A DNA stretch of 64,000 nucleotides, taken from assembly GCA_963725865.1 (NCBI GenBank), contig CAVSAC010000014.1:389298-453297 (forward strand), written 5' to 3'. Below, piece after piece: positions 9,126 to 19,613 of the stretch (positions are counted from its first letter, which is position 1; every line of letters begins with the position of its first letter). The notes beneath the pieces are model-generated. The model searched no databases, was not told the DNA's origin, and saw only the letters and a list, made by a program, of their open reading frames with translations. The position numbers and the translations under genes are program-made. Origin of the DNA: Candidatus Eiseniibacteriota bacterium. Lineage in GTDB: Bacteria; Eisenbacteria; RBG-16-71-46.

Positions 9126-10745
9126 TCAGTGCGAGGCTCCGGCCGCGATCGGCGCCGGCGCGGCCGCCAGCGGCGCACGCGCGGCCGGCGTCAGGACGGC
9201 GAACACGTCGCGCGCGCCCCGGGCGCGGCGCAGCACGGCCAGCGCGCGCTCGAACACGGCATCACCTTCGAGCGCGACCTTCGCGCCGGCCGCCTCGCCC
9301 TCGGTGCGGCGGGCCAGCTCGCGGCGCAGCGCGCGCTCCAGCAGCGGGCGCTCGGCGGTCTGCTCGGCCGCGTCGCCGGGCAGCCGCTCCTGGCTCAGGA
9401 AGTCCTCGAAGCCGCGGCGCATCGCGTCGTCGATCGTCGCATGCGCGCCGGGGTGGGTGGTGACCCAGCGGCTCGCGAAGCGCAGCGCGAGCCCGCGTCG
9501 CTCGACCTCGCGCGCCAGCGGCGGAAGCGAGTCCGGCGTGATCTCGAGATCCGGCGCGATGCCGCCGCCACCGTAGACGATGCGCCCCGACTTGGTGCGG
9601 AATTGCGGTCGTTCCGCGGCGGCACCGGCAGGCGTGGAGTCCGCAGGGCTGTCGGAGTCGTCCTCCTCGTCCACGCTCCCCTCGCCCGGGCGCGGGCCGC
9701 GGTGGATCGAGCGACCGCTCGGCGTGAAGTAGAGCGCGGTGGTGAGCTTGACCGCCCCGTTGCCGCCCGGCAGTGGGAACACGCTCTGCACCGAACCCTT
9801 GCCGAACGACGTCTGACCCACGACCAGCGCGCGGTCGAGATCCTGGAGCGCGCCGGCCACGATCTCGGAGGCCGAGGCCGTGCCCCGGTCGATCAGCACC
9901 ACCAGCGGGGCGCTCACGTCGGCGCGCGCGTCGGCCGCGGAGTAGCGGGCGTCCGCGCCGCGGGCGCGGCCGTCGGTGTACACCACCAGCGCGCCGCGCG
10001 GCAGGAACTGCTGCGCCACGCTCACCGCCTGGTCGAGCAGCCCGCCCGGATTCAGGCGCAGGTCGAGCACGAACGCGCGCGCGCCCTGGCGCCGCAGCGC
10101 GCCGAGCGCGGCCTGCAGCTCGGTCGCCGAGGTCTCCGAGAAGCTCGCGAGGCGCACGTAGCCGATCCCCGGCTCCGCCAGGAAGGCGTACGGCACGCTC
10201 TTCGTGTGGATGGTGCGGCGCGTGAGGGTGAGCTCGCGCTCGGTGGACTCGCCCTCGCGATCGATGGACAGGCTCACCGTGGACCCCTCGGGTCCGCGCA
10301 GCAGGTTCGCGATGTCCTCCATGGCGAGCCCCGCCGTGCTCTTGCCGCCGATCCGCACGATCACGTCGCCGGCGCTGATCCCCGCCTCCCATGCGGGAGT
10401 GCCCTCGATCGGAGCGATCACGGTCGGGAAGTTGTCGCGGATGCCGACCACCGTGCCGATCCCGTCGAACGAGCCCTGCGCGCTGCTCTGCAGCAGGCCG
10501 TACGACTTGGCGTCGAGGTACTGCGAATAGGGATCGAGGTCGCGCAACATGCCGCGCATCGCGCCGGAGACCAGCTTCTGGGGATCCACCGGATCGACGT
10601 AGTTCTGGTCGACCTTGTGGAGCACCTCGATGAACAGGTCGAGATTGCCGTAGAGGCCGCCCGCAGCGCCGCCGCGCCCCGCCCACCAGCCGAGCACGAA
10701 GAGCAGGACGAACAGAGCAGCGAGGAGTGCGCGAGTGCGGATCAA
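9126..10745 (-). CDS. ctpA: Carboxyl-terminal processing protease (S41 peptidase with PDZ domain), N-terminal membrane anchor
   Basis: PDZ region (GDVIVRIGGKSTAGL), S41 catalytic region (LVVLIDRGTASASEIVAGALQD...GQTSFGKGSVQS). TTG start with AGGAGAGG RBS. Confidence 0.8.
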   Translation of the reverse strand: MIRTRALLAALFVLLFVLGWWAGRGGAAGGLYGNLDLFIEVLHKVDQNYVDPVDPQKLVSGAMRGMLRDLDPYSQYLDAKSYGLLQSSAQGSFDGIGTVVGIRDNFPTVIAPIEGTPAWEAGISAGDVIVRIGGKSTAGLAMEDIANLLRGPEGSTVSLSIDREGESTERELTLTRRTIHTKSVPYAFLAEPGIGYVRLASFSETSATELQAALGALRRQGARAFVLDLRLNPGGLLDQAVSVAQQFLPRGALVVYTDGRARGADARYSAADARADVSAPLVVLIDRGTASASEIVAGALQDLDRALVVGQTSFGKGSVQSVFPLPGGNGAVKLTTALYFTPSGRSIHRGPRPGEGSVDEEDDSDSPADSTPAGAAAERPQFRTKSGRIVYGGGGIAPDLEITPDSLPPLAREVERRGLALRFASRWVTTHPGAHATIDDAMRRGFEDFLSQERLPGDAAEQTAERPLLERALRRELARRTEGEAAGAKVALEGDAVFERALAVLRRARGARDVFAVLTPAARAPLAAAPAPIAAGASH

Positions 10746-10857
10746 GACCTCTCCTGAAGCGGCTCCGGACCGGGCGGACGCGGGTCCGCCGGGAGGAGCC
10801 GGCGGACGAAGAGCGCACGGACTATAGCACAGCGCCGCGCGGCGGCCGGGCCCCGGC

Positions 10858-12456
10858 TCAGCGCCCGGCCGCGGGCGGGAGCGCGCCGCGAGCGGCCTCG
10901 AACAGCATCGCTTCGACGGTGGCCGCGGTGCGCTCGACATCGGGCGGCAGCGGGCCGAGCGCGCGCGCGCGCGTCAGACAGCGCCGCGCCGCGAGCGGAT
11001 CTCCCGCCGCCAGCCAGCCCTGGCTGGCGAGCAGCAGGTGGCGCGGGTTCGGCAGGATCGCGCTCGCGCGCTCGAAGTGACGCGCCGCCGTCCCGAAGTC
11101 ACGCTGCGCCGCGGCGCGATACGCGAGGTAGGTGAGTGCGTGGTTGCGCTGCTCGGCCGGCGGGGCCCATGCCCCGTCGACCAGCGCGAGCGCGCGGCGC
11201 TCACCGGCCCCGGCGTCGGCGTTCACCGCGACCCAGCCGAGCGCCTGCAGGGCGAGCACCGGGAGCAGCCAGCGGAGCGCGCGCTCCAGTCGCGCCGTCG
11301 GGACGCCTCCGAGCAGCGACGCGGCGCCGGCGCTCGCGAGCAGGCCGGGCAGCGCCACCAGGTCCCAGTCCCGCATCGCGCCCATGCCATGCGGCGCGAC
11401 CGGAAACACCAGCAGCAGCGGAGCCAGTGGCACCAGCGCGGAGAACGCGAGCGCGCCGCGCGGCGAGCGCGCGAACGCGGCCAGCGCGTCGCGCCCGGCC
11501 GCGAGCGGCGCGATCACCGCCAGCGGCAGCGCCAGCGCCACCAGGTTCACGAGGTCCCAGGGCGGCGTGAGCCGCAGGTCCCGCGCGGACAGACTGCGCA
11601 GCAGATCGCCCGCGTCGCGGCCGAGCGTCGCTCCACCCGGCAGCGCGGCCGCCGCGAGGGCGAGTACTGCGGCCGCCAGCGTGAGCCCCACGTGCAGGCG
11701 CCGCACCGCGCGGCGGTCGTCGGCGAGCGCGGGGCCGAACCCGCGCCAGGCCTGCGCGATCAGCAGCACCAGGGCGAGCCGGTGGGCGAGCAGCAGCAGC
11801 AGCCACAGCAGCGCGGTGCGCACCGCATCGCGGGGATGCGCGAGCGGGCGCAGGAGCACCGCCCACCACCACGCGGCCACCGCGAGCGCGAGCGCCCAGG
11901 CTTCCGCGTAGCCCGCGAACGCCTGCAGCGTCCCGGCCAGCAGCAGCGCCAGCGTCAGGGAGCGCCGCCGGTCGGCCGGGGCACTCGCGGCCACCACGCT
12001 TCGCACGCCGGCCGCGTACAGCAGGAACAGCGCCAGCCCGATCACCGCGATCGCGGTCGGGATCGACCACCCGAGCCGCGCCAGGATCAGCGGCAGCGTG
12101 ACGTTCACGAGGGCGTCGAGCGGCTGCGCGTGCAGGAAGCGCGCGAACGCGGCCAGATCCCAGCCGCCGGCGCCGCGGTCGGCGAGGGCGATCAGCGTGC
12201 GGAAGCGCATCTCGGTGTCGCCGAGCAGATGGGGCTGCTCGCGGAGTGGGAACGCGAGCGCCAGCCCCAGCGCGGCCACGATCGCCGCGAGCGGCACCCG
12301 CGGCAGCCGTGCCGCCGCCGCGAGCGCCACGCATCCCACCACCAGGGCCGCGGCCATCGCGGGACGGACGGAACGCAATCCGTCGAGCGCCCAGACCAGA
12401 TTCGAGGCGGGCGGGGCGACGGCCAGCACCGCGAGCCACGCCAGCGTGAGGACCAT
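10858..12456 (-). CDS. Polytopic inner-membrane protein with C-terminal TPR repeats (function unknown)
   Basis: Multiple hydrophobic helices followed by a TPR-like C-terminus (YLAYRAAAQRDFGTAARHFERA...). An alternative GTG start at 12522 overlaps the tmk stop. Confidence 0.5.
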   Translation of the reverse strand: MVLTLAWLAVLAVAPPASNLVWALDGLRSVRPAMAAALVVGCVALAAAARLPRVPLAAIVAALGLALAFPLREQPHLLGDTEMRFRTLIALADRGAGGWDLAAFARFLHAQPLDALVNVTLPLILARLGWSIPTAIAVIGLALFLLYAAGVRSVVAASAPADRRRSLTLALLLAGTLQAFAGYAEAWALALAVAAWWWAVLLRPLAHPRDAVRTALLWLLLLLAHRLALVLLIAQAWRGFGPALADDRRAVRRLHVGLTLAAAVLALAAAALPGGATLGRDAGDLLRSLSARDLRLTPPWDLVNLVALALPLAVIAPLAAGRDALAAFARSPRGALAFSALVPLAPLLLVFPVAPHGMGAMRDWDLVALPGLLASAGAASLLGGVPTARLERALRWLLPVLALQALGWVAVNADAGAGERRALALVDGAWAPPAEQRNHALTYLAYRAAAQRDFGTAARHFERASAILPNPRHLLLASQGWLAAGDPLAARRCLTRARALGPLPPDVERTAATVEAMLFEAARGALPPAAGR

Positions 12457-12524
12457 CAGCGCGCGCGACGTCCGCGCCTCGGCGCCCGCGACCGATGCGA
12501 CCGGGCGAGCGGAAACGCCCACGC

Positions 12525-13163
12525 TCACGCCTTCCGGCCGGCGCCCACCAGTCGTGGCTCGAGCACCTCCCACGCGCGGGTCTCGAGCAGGTCGGGGCCC
12601 TGTCGCGCATCCAGCGTCACCCAGCGGCGGGGCTCGGCGGCGGCGAGCGCACGATAGGCATCGTGCACGCGAGTGTGGAACGCGAGGTCCTCGCGATCGA
12701 GCCGGTTCGTGTCGTCGGCGGCGCCCGCGCGGCGCGCGAGCCCGACCTCGGGCGCGAGGTCGAACCACAGCGTGAGATCGGGCGCCAGCCCCCCGGTCGC
12801 CACGCGATTCCATTCGGCGAGCATCGCGCGATCGAGTCCGCGACCGCCACCCTGGTAGGCGAGCGTCGAGTCGGCGTAGCGGTCGCAGAGCACCACGCGC
12901 CCCTGCGCGAGCGCGGGGCGGATCACCGCGGCGACCAGATCGGCGCGCGCCGCCTCCATGAGCAGCGCCTCCGACACCGCGCCGGGTGCGAGCGACGGCG
13001 TGAGCAGCAGCGCGCGCACGCCCTCGGCGAGCGGCGTGCCGCCGGGCTCGCGCGTCAACAGCGGATCGTGGCCGGCGGTGCGCAGGCGCTCCGCCAGCCG
13101 GCGGAGCACCGTGGTCTTGCCCGAGCCCTCGCCGCCCTCGAAGGTGACGAAGAGCCCGGGCAT
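12525..13163 (-). CDS. tmk: Thymidylate kinase
   Basis: MPGLFVTFEGGEGSGKTT P-loop and LID region. ~212 aa. Confidence 0.85.
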   Translation of the reverse strand: MPGLFVTFEGGEGSGKTTVLRRLAERLRTAGHDPLLTREPGGTPLAEGVRALLLTPSLAPGAVSEALLMEAARADLVAAVIRPALAQGRVVLCDRYADSTLAYQGGGRGLDRAMLAEWNRVATGGLAPDLTLWFDLAPEVGLARRAGAADDTNRLDREDLAFHTRVHDAYRALAAAEPRRWVTLDARQGPDLLETRAWEVLEPRLVGAGRKA

Positions 13164-13188
13164 CCGTCGCTCCGCGTGGCCCACGCGC

Positions 13189-14418
13189 TCAGCGCGCGCG
13201 GCCCGCCTTCGCCTTCGCGCGCCGGGCCGGCTTGCGCGCCGCGGTTGTGCGCGCCTTCGGTCCGGAACCGTTCACGGCGGGGCCCGTGGTCGGCGCGGCC
13301 TCGCGCTGGACGGTCGGCGCCTTGATGCGCAGCGACCGCTCGACGCCCTTCGGGTCGCGGATGAACGCTTCGGTCAACTCGCGCGCGGCGTCGTCCGGGA
13401 TCTGCACCGGCGGCGACTTCTTGAAGTACGACGACGGCGCGATGAGCGCGCCCTTGAGGCCGTGGTCGAGCCCGATCTTGGCGCAGCGCACCGCATCGAT
13501 CACCACGCCGGCCGAGTTGGGCGAGTCCCAGACCTCGAGCTTGAGCTCCAGGTTGAGCGGCACGTCACCGAACGTCGTGCCCTCCATCCGGATGTGGCAC
13601 CACTTGCGGTCCTTGAGCCACGGGATGTAGTCGCTGGGGCCGACGTGGATGTCGTCCTCGTGCAGCTCGTACGGCATGATGCTGGTGACGGCGCGGGTCT
13701 TCGAGATCTTCTTCGACTCGAGGCGCTCGCGCTCGAGCATGTTGAGGAAGTCGGTGTTGCCCCCGAAATTGAGCTGATACGTGCGGTCGATGCGCACCGC
13801 GCGGTCCACGAACAGCCGCGTCAGCACGCGGTGGGTGATGGTCGCGCCGACCTGCGACTTGATGTCGTCCCCGATCACGGGCAGCCCGCGCTTCTCGAAC
13901 CGCCGCTGCCAGTACGGCTCGCGGGCGATGAACACCGGGATGCAGTTCACGAACGCGCAGCCGGCCTCGAGCACCTGCTCGACGTACCACTTGGTGGCCT
14001 CCTCGGAGCCCACCGGCAGGTAGTTCACGACCACGTCGGTCTGCGTGTCCCTGAGCAGCTTCACGATGTCGACGGTGGAGCCCGGCGCCTTCTGGATGAT
14101 CTGCGAGAGGTACTTGCCGAGCCCGTCGTGCGTCATGCCGCGCTGCACCGTCACGCCCATCTTGGGCACCTTGGTGAACACGAACGTGTTGTTCGGCCAT
14201 TCCACGATGGCCTGCGAGACATCCTTGCCCACCTTGTTCTTGTCGATGTCGATGGCGGCCACGATCTCGACGTCGCGGATGTGGTATCCGCCGAGGTTCG
14301 CGTGCATGAGCCCCGGGATGCGGTCGCTCTCCTTGGCATTGCGGTAGTAGTGGAGCCCCTGCACGAACGAGGACGCGCAATTGCCCACACCGATGATCGC
14401 GACTCGGACCTTGCCCAT
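13189..14418 (-). CDS. ino1: myo-Inositol-1-phosphate synthase (archaeal/bacterial short type)
   Basis: [21 protein letters not shown] Rossmann N-terminus and the conserved catalytic core. 409 aa with a basic C-terminal tail. Confidence 0.85.
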   Translation of the reverse strand: MGKVRVAIIGVGNCASSFVQGLHYYRNAKESDRIPGLMHANLGGYHIRDVEIVAAIDIDKNKVGKDVSQAIVEWPNNTFVFTKVPKMGVTVQRGMTHDGLGKYLSQIIQKAPGSTVDIVKLLRDTQTDVVVNYLPVGSEEATKWYVEQVLEAGCAFVNCIPVFIAREPYWQRRFEKRGLPVIGDDIKSQVGATITHRVLTRLFVDRAVRIDRTYQLNFGGNTDFLNMLERERLESKKISKTRAVTSIMPYELHEDDIHVGPSDYIPWLKDRKWCHIRMEGTTFGDVPLNLELKLEVWDSPNSAGVVIDAVRCAKIGLDHGLKGALIAPSSYFKKSPPVQIPDDAARELTEAFIRDPKGVERSLRIKAPTVQREAAPTTGPAVNGSGPKARTTAARKPARRAKAKAGRAR

Positions 14419-14432
14419 CGAGACCGAACCTC

Positions 14433-15161
14433 CTATCCGTCCTGACCCGCTCCGCGGGTGATCTTCCAAACGTGGACGACGCGCTGCGCCGCCGTGATGA
14501 ACGAGAGCAGCGCCAGCAACAGCAGTGCGCCGGACATCGCCCAGAACACCTTGAGCAGCCCCGCCAGGATGAGCAGCGCGAGCCGCTCCGGGCGCTCGAA
14601 CCAGCCCACCTTGCACGCCAGCCCGAGCCCCTCGGCCCGCGCCCGCGTGTACGACACCATGAACGAACCCAGCGCGGCGACCATCGCGGTCACGGCGAGC
14701 AGCGCCCAGGTCACCGGCAGCAGGCCCATGGCAGCCTGCTCGAGCACGCGCCGGGGATCGAACACGAGCGCCAGCAGGTTGCGGATGTAGAAGCCCGCGA
14801 TGCCGATCAGCACCGCGCCTTCGGCGACGCGGTCGAGCGTGGAATCGAAGAACGCACCGAAGCGCGTCTCACCCCCCGAGCCGCGCGCCACCTGTCCGTC
14901 GAGGATGTCGCAGAGCCCGGCCAGCAGCAGGAACACCGCGCCCAACTGTGGGTGCGCGTCGAAGAACGCGTACGCCGCCAGCAGGCTGAGCAGCAGCCCC
15001 GCCACCGTGAGGTGGTTGGCGCGGATGCCCACGCCCACCAGCCCGCGCACCACCGGGTCGAGCACCGCGTGCGCGCCGACGCGCAGGCGCGCCTTGAGCG
15101 CCTGCAGCGCTCCCGCGCGCGGCGGCGCCGGCGTGCCGGAGACGGCCTGGCGCACGGTCAC
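14433..15161 (-). CDS. CDP-alcohol phosphatidyltransferase (phosphatidylinositol-phosphate / inositol-phosphate synthase-like)
   Basis: CDP-OH_P_transf motif D-G-x2-A-R...G...D ([28 protein letters not shown]), ~6 TM segments. GTG start overlaps the rsmI stop (GTGA). Confidence 0.75.
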   Translation of the reverse strand: MTVRQAVSGTPAPPRAGALQALKARLRVGAHAVLDPVVRGLVGVGIRANHLTVAGLLLSLLAAYAFFDAHPQLGAVFLLLAGLCDILDGQVARGSGGETRFGAFFDSTLDRVAEGAVLIGIAGFYIRNLLALVFDPRRVLEQAAMGLLPVTWALLAVTAMVAALGSFMVSYTRARAEGLGLACKVGWFERPERLALLILAGLLKVFWAMSGALLLLALLSFITAAQRVVHVWKITRGAGQDG

Positions 15162-15904
15162 GCTCCCGCCTCGTCCTTGCGCGTCCACCCCCCGAGCACC
15201 AACACCATCTCGCCTCGTCTCTGGTCGGGCCGCAGCGCCGCGCGCACCTCGCTCGCGGTCCCGCGCAGCACCTGTTCGTGCACCTTCGTCAGCTCGCGCG
15301 CCAGCGCGATGGGCCGCTCGCCCCAGACCGCCTCGAGATCCTCGAGGCACGCCACGATGCGATGCGGCGATTCGAACGCCACCAGCGTCTCGCGCCGGTC
15401 GCGCCACTCCTCCAGGCGGCGGCGGCGCGCCGCGCCCTTCACCGGCAGGAACCCCACGAACGTGAACGCGTCCGTCGGCAGTCCGCTGACCTGGAGCGCG
15501 GCGATCACCGCGCTCGGCCCCGGCACGCTCTCGACCCGCACGCCCGCGGCGACTGCGGCCCGCACCAGCGGATACCCTGGATCGCTCACGCCCGGCGAGC
15601 CCGCGTCGGTCACCAGGGCGACCGAGTCGCCCTCCTCCAGCCGCCGCAGCAGACCCGGGATGCGCGCGCGCTCATTGTGCTCGAACACGCTGGTGACCGG
15701 CACCGACAACCCGAAGTGCTCGAGCAGCCGCCGCGTGTGACGCGTGTCCTCGGCGGCCACGAGCGCCACCTCGCCGAGCACGCGCAGCGCGCGCCGGGTG
15801 ATGTCCTCGAGATTGCCGATGGGGGTCGCCACCAGGAACAGAGTCCCCGGCGGCCGCGCGTCGGTCACAGATGTCCTTAGAGCCCGCGGGTGCCCCGCAG
15901 TCAT
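15158..15904 (-). CDS. rsmI: 16S rRNA (cytidine1402-2'-O)-methyltransferase
   Basis: LFLVATPIGNLEDITRRA...TDAGSPGVSDPG tetrapyrrole-methylase fold. 248 aa. Confidence 0.85.
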   Translation of the reverse strand: MTAGHPRALRTSVTDARPPGTLFLVATPIGNLEDITRRALRVLGEVALVAAEDTRHTRRLLEHFGLSVPVTSVFEHNERARIPGLLRRLEEGDSVALVTDAGSPGVSDPGYPLVRAAVAAGVRVESVPGPSAVIAALQVSGLPTDAFTFVGFLPVKGAARRRRLEEWRDRRETLVAFESPHRIVACLEDLEAVWGERPIALARELTKVHEQVLRGTASEVRAALRPDQRRGEMVLVLGGWTRKDEAGA

Positions 15905-16022
15905 GTCGGAAACCGGCGCAAGGTAGCACCGGGGCCCCGGCGACGTCTACTGACGGCGCGCCGGGACCGCGCGCGGGTGGCGTCGGTGCGCCGAGCGCGA
16001 CCGCTCCGGTCCGCCGCGGGAG

Positions 16023-17087
16023 TCAGCGTGCGGCCGCCCGCTGCGCCTCGACCGCCGCGCGGAATCCGGTGATCGCGCGGTCGATGCCCGCGTCGTCCAC
16101 GTCGAGATGCACGATCGCGCGCAGGCGGCGGGCGCCGAACGCCACCATGCGGACGCCGCGCTCGCTGAGCGCGGCGAGCACCGCGGCCGGATCGAGCGAC
16201 GGATGCTCGAGCGCGACGATCACGATGTTGGTCTCGGGCGTCGCCACCTTCACCCCGGGCACCGCACCGAAACCGCTCGCGAGCCGGCGCGCGCGCGCGT
16301 GGTCCTCCGCCAACCGCTCGACGTGGTGATCGAGCGCGTGCAGGCACGCGGCCGCCAGGATGCCGACCTGCCGCATGCCGCCGCCCCAGCGCTTGCGGGT
16401 CCGGCGCGCGGCGCGCACCACGTCGGCGGGTCCCACGAGGATCGAGCCGATCGGCGCCCCGAGGCCCTTCGAGAAGCACATCATCACGGTGTCCGCGCAC
16501 GCCGCCCAGTCGCGGATGGGAATCCCGCTCGCCACGCTCGCGTTCCACAGCCGCGCCCCGTCGAGGTGCACGCGCATGCGGTGCGCGCGCGCCGCGGCCG
16601 CCAGGTCGCGCAGCGTGTCGAGCGGCACGATGACGCCGCCGTGACGGTTGTGCGTGTTCTCGAGGCAGAGCAGCGAGACCCGCGCCACGTGCTCGTCGGC
16701 CGCATCACGCACCGCGGCGTCGATCTCCGCCGCGTCGAACGTCCCGTGCACGCCCCGCACCGGGTGTGCGAGGCAGCCGGAGTTCGCCGCGATGCCACCC
16801 TGCTCGTACAGCAGGATGTGCGCCTCGGCCTCCAGCACCACTTCGTCACCCGGGCGTGTCAGCGCGTTCACCGCGAGCTGATTGCCCATGGTGCCGCTCG
16901 GCACGTACAGCGCGGAATCCTTGCCCGCGAGCTCCGCGACGCGGCGCTCGAGCGCCTGGACGGTGGGATCGTCCCCGAACACGTCGTCCCCCACCACGGC
17001 CTCGGCCATCGCGCGTCGCATCGCGGCGGTCGGGCGTGTGACGGTGTCGCTGCGCAGATCGACGGCGGGCAGGGTCGTGGAGGACAT
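16023..17087 (-). CDS. ltaE: Low-specificity L-threonine aldolase
   Basis: [20 protein letters not shown]...GTMGNQLAV...[12 protein letters not shown] (PLP Lys). 354 aa. Embedded in a longer spurious ORF. Confidence 0.8.
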   Translation of the reverse strand: MSSTTLPAVDLRSDTVTRPTAAMRRAMAEAVVGDDVFGDDPTVQALERRVAELAGKDSALYVPSGTMGNQLAVNALTRPGDEVVLEAEAHILLYEQGGIAANSGCLAHPVRGVHGTFDAAEIDAAVRDAADEHVARVSLLCLENTHNRHGGVIVPLDTLRDLAAAARAHRMRVHLDGARLWNASVASGIPIRDWAACADTVMMCFSKGLGAPIGSILVGPADVVRAARRTRKRWGGGMRQVGILAAACLHALDHHVERLAEDHARARRLASGFGAVPGVKVATPETNIVIVALEHPSLDPAAVLAALSERGVRMVAFGARRLRAIVHLDVDDAGIDRAITGFRAAVEAQRAAAR

Positions 17088-17375
17088 GGATCCGACTCCG
17101 GAGGGGGTGAGCGACGACCGAGCAAGGTCCGCGCAGGATACGACATCGGGCGCCGACCGCCGCCGAGCGCCTCGGCGGCTGGACCGAGACTTGACACGAA
17201 GCGCTTCCGGATGCCTTTTCATGGGTGCCGCACGTCTCGTGCGAGCGCGCGCGGCGCGCCCGGAACGATTCCGGGAAACCAGCGGCCGCCGCCCCGCATC
17301 CTGACGGGCGACGCGCCGTGGACGGCGCTCCGCCCGGATCTCCCGGCGGAAGAACCACCGAAGGAGTGATGCGAC

Positions 17376-18074
17376 GTGTTCCCCATGTTCGGCTTCGATC
17401 CCACCTTCCTGCTGCTCATCCCGGCGATGATCTTCGCCATGTGGGCACAGTGGAAGGTCCAGAGCACGTACGCGCGGTATGCCCGGGTGCCCGCCGGCAA
17501 TGGGATGACCGGTCGCCAGATGGCGGCGGCGATCATGAACCGCAACGGCGTCAATGACGTGAAGATCGAGCCGGTCGGTGGAACGCTCAGCGACCACTAC
17601 GACCCGCGCTCGAAGACGGTGCGGCTTTCGGAGCCGATCTACGCCGGCGACTCGGTATCGGCGATCGCGGTCGCGGCGCACGAAGTCGGGCACGTGCTCC
17701 AGCACGCGCAGGGCTACGCGCCGCTGGCGTTGCGCGCGAGCCTGGTGCCGGTCGCGAACTTCGGCAGCATGCTCGCCATGCCGCTGTTCTTCATCGGCTG
17801 GTTCTTCGGTCGTGGCCAGCTCGTGTGGCTCATGGACCTCGGCATCCTGTTCTTCGCGGCCGCAGTGGTGTTCCACCTGGTGACGCTGCCGGTGGAGTTC
17901 GACGCCTCGAAACGGGCGCTCGCGCAGTTGACGAGCAGCGGCGCGATCGCGCCCGGCGAGGTCGCGGGCGCCAGGAAGGTGCTGAACGCGGCGGCGCTCA
18001 CCTATGTGGCGGCGGCCGCGATGTCGGCGCTGCAGCTGGTGCGGCTGCTGATGCTGCGCGACAGCCGGCGCTGA
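17376..18074 (+). CDS. Membrane-associated putative neutral zinc metallopeptidase (Zn_peptidase_2 family)
   Basis: HEVGH zinc motif ([11 protein letters not shown]), hydrophobic N- and C-terminal segments. Confidence 0.7.
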   Translation: MFPMFGFDPTFLLLIPAMIFAMWAQWKVQSTYARYARVPAGNGMTGRQMAAAIMNRNGVNDVKIEPVGGTLSDHYDPRSKTVRLSEPIYAGDSVSAIAVAAHEVGHVLQHAQGYAPLALRASLVPVANFGSMLAMPLFFIGWFFGRGQLVWLMDLGILFFAAAVVFHLVTLPVEFDASKRALAQLTSSGAIAPGEVAGARKVLNAAALTYVAAAAMSALQLVRLLMLRDSRR

Positions 18075-18098
18075 CGGCGCATCGGCGCCCAACGGGAC

Positions 18099-18128
18099 GG
18101 GGCGGGCTCTCGTGCGAGAGCCCGCCCC
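18099..18128. terminator. Perfect 13-bp-stem hairpin between convergent Zn-peptidase and HU genes (bidirectional terminator candidate)
   Basis: GGGGCGGGCTCTC-gtgc-GAGAGCCCGCCCC. Confidence 0.5.
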
Positions 18129-18168
18129 GAAGTCGTTGTGCGGCGCGGATCGAGGGGCCGCCCCGCGC

Positions 18169-18447
18169 TCAGCCTTGGGCGACCATGTCCTTCAGTTCCT
18201 TGGACACCTTGAACACCGGGACCTTGCGCGCCGCGACCGGCACGGCTTCGCCCGTCCGCGGGTTGCGAGCGATGCGAGGCTTGCGGTCCTTCACGCGGAA
18301 GGTCCCGAAGCCGCGGATCTCGATGTGGTGGCCGTTCGCGAGCGCCTTGGCGACCGCGGATAGGAACGAGTCGACGGTCTCGGCGACGTCCTTCTTGGTC
18401 AAACCCGTACGCTCTGCGATCTGGTCCACGATATCGGCTTTGGTCAT
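18169..18447 (-). CDS. hup: Nucleoid-associated DNA-binding protein HU/IHF family
   Basis: [26 protein letters not shown]...[23 protein letters not shown]. 92 aa. Confidence 0.85.
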   Translation of the reverse strand: MTKADIVDQIAERTGLTKKDVAETVDSFLSAVAKALANGHHIEIRGFGTFRVKDRKPRIARNPRTGEAVPVAARKVPVFKVSKELKDMVAQG

Positions 18448-18574
18448 TCCATCCTCCTCGAGCCGGCGGCCTGGGGTTCCCGCCCTGGTCGATACCCCGG
18501 CGAAGTCGACGGCAGGCTAGCAAGCCACACGAAGGCGTGTCAATGCCTTCATGGACAAGGCCTTGGGCCGTTCC

Positions 18575-19534
18575 TTACCGCCCCCCGCCCTCTTCCGGGC
18601 CCGCGCCGAGTGCGCGCCGGCGGGCCGCTTCGATGGGATGAGCCTGCGCACGCGCCTGAGCGGCCCGCATGCGAGGCCGGCCTGCGGCGTCCTCCGCGCG
18701 CCATTCGCTGGCGAACGCGCCGCTACGGATCTCGGCCAGGATCTCCCGCATGGCGGAACGCGCGGCCGGGCCGATCACGCGCGGACCGCGGGTGAGATCG
18801 CCGTAGAGCGCGGTGCCGCTGATGCCCTCGCGCATGCCGCTGACGCCGCGCGCGTGCAGCGCCTCGGCGAGGTAACGCAACTGGTGGACGCACTCGAGGT
18901 AGGCGACCTCGGGCGCGTAGCCGGCCTCGACCAGGGTCTCGAACGCCGCCGTCACCAGTGCGTTCATGCCGCCGCACAGCACGGTCTGCTCGCCGAAGAG
19001 GTCGACCTCGGTCTCCTCGCGCACCGTCGTGCTCCAGGTGGGCGCGCATCCGATGCCCGCCGCCCAGGCCGCGGCGAGCGATGCGCCGGTGCCGCTCGCG
19101 TCCTGGTGCACGGCGAGGTAGGCCGGCAGCTTCTCACCGCGCGCGACCGCGGCGCGCAGCACGGCGCCCGGCGCGGTCGGCGCCACCAGCACCACGTCCG
19201 CGCGCGGCGACAGCGCGAGATCGGAGTACAGGAGATTGAATCCGTGCGCGAACACGAACCCCGCGTCCGCGCGCGCCGCGCCGGCGAGGGCTCCCCACGC
19301 CGCGGGCACCGCCTCGTCCGGCAGCAGCACCGCGATCACCTCGGCGTCCCGCGCTGCGATCTCCGGCGGCCGGATCTCGAAGCCGTGCGCGCGAGCGCGC
19401 GCCTCGGCCGCGCGGCCCGGACGCGCGCCGACCAGCACGCGGTGCCCCGCGTCGCGCAGGTTGAGCGCCTGCGCCTCGCCCTGGTGCCCGAAGCCCACGA
19501 TCGCCAGCGTCGCGCCCTCGAGTCGTCCGCTCAT
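18575..19534 (-). CDS. ilvC: Ketol-acid reductoisomerase (class I)
   Basis: LAIVGFGHQGEAQALNLRDAGH NADPH site and conserved C-terminal knotted domain. 319 aa. Confidence 0.85.
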   Translation of the reverse strand: MSGRLEGATLAIVGFGHQGEAQALNLRDAGHRVLVGARPGRAAEARARAHGFEIRPPEIAARDAEVIAVLLPDEAVPAAWGALAGAARADAGFVFAHGFNLLYSDLALSPRADVVLVAPTAPGAVLRAAVARGEKLPAYLAVHQDASGTGASLAAAWAAGIGCAPTWSTTVREETEVDLFGEQTVLCGGMNALVTAAFETLVEAGYAPEVAYLECVHQLRYLAEALHARGVSGMREGISGTALYGDLTRGPRVIGPAARSAMREILAEIRSGAFASEWRAEDAAGRPRMRAAQARAQAHPIEAARRRALGAGPEEGGGR

Positions 19535-19563
19535 CGCTCCGTCCTCCTCGCCCGAACGCGCGA

Positions 19564-19594
19564 CGCCGCGCGACCCGGCTCGGGCCGCGCGGCG
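19564..19594. terminator. GC-rich hairpin downstream of the TPR gene and upstream of ilvC
   Basis: CGCCGCGCG-acccggctcgggc-CGCGCGGCG, 9-bp stem with an inner 4-bp stem. Confidence 0.3.
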
Positions 19595-19613
19595 CCGGTG
19601 GGTCGTGGTCGCG

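Noticed and set aside
18575-19534. ilvC as part of a branched-chain amino-acid operon
   Set aside because: No ilvB/N/D or leu genes are adjacent. It sits alone between HU and a TPR gene, so no operon call was made.
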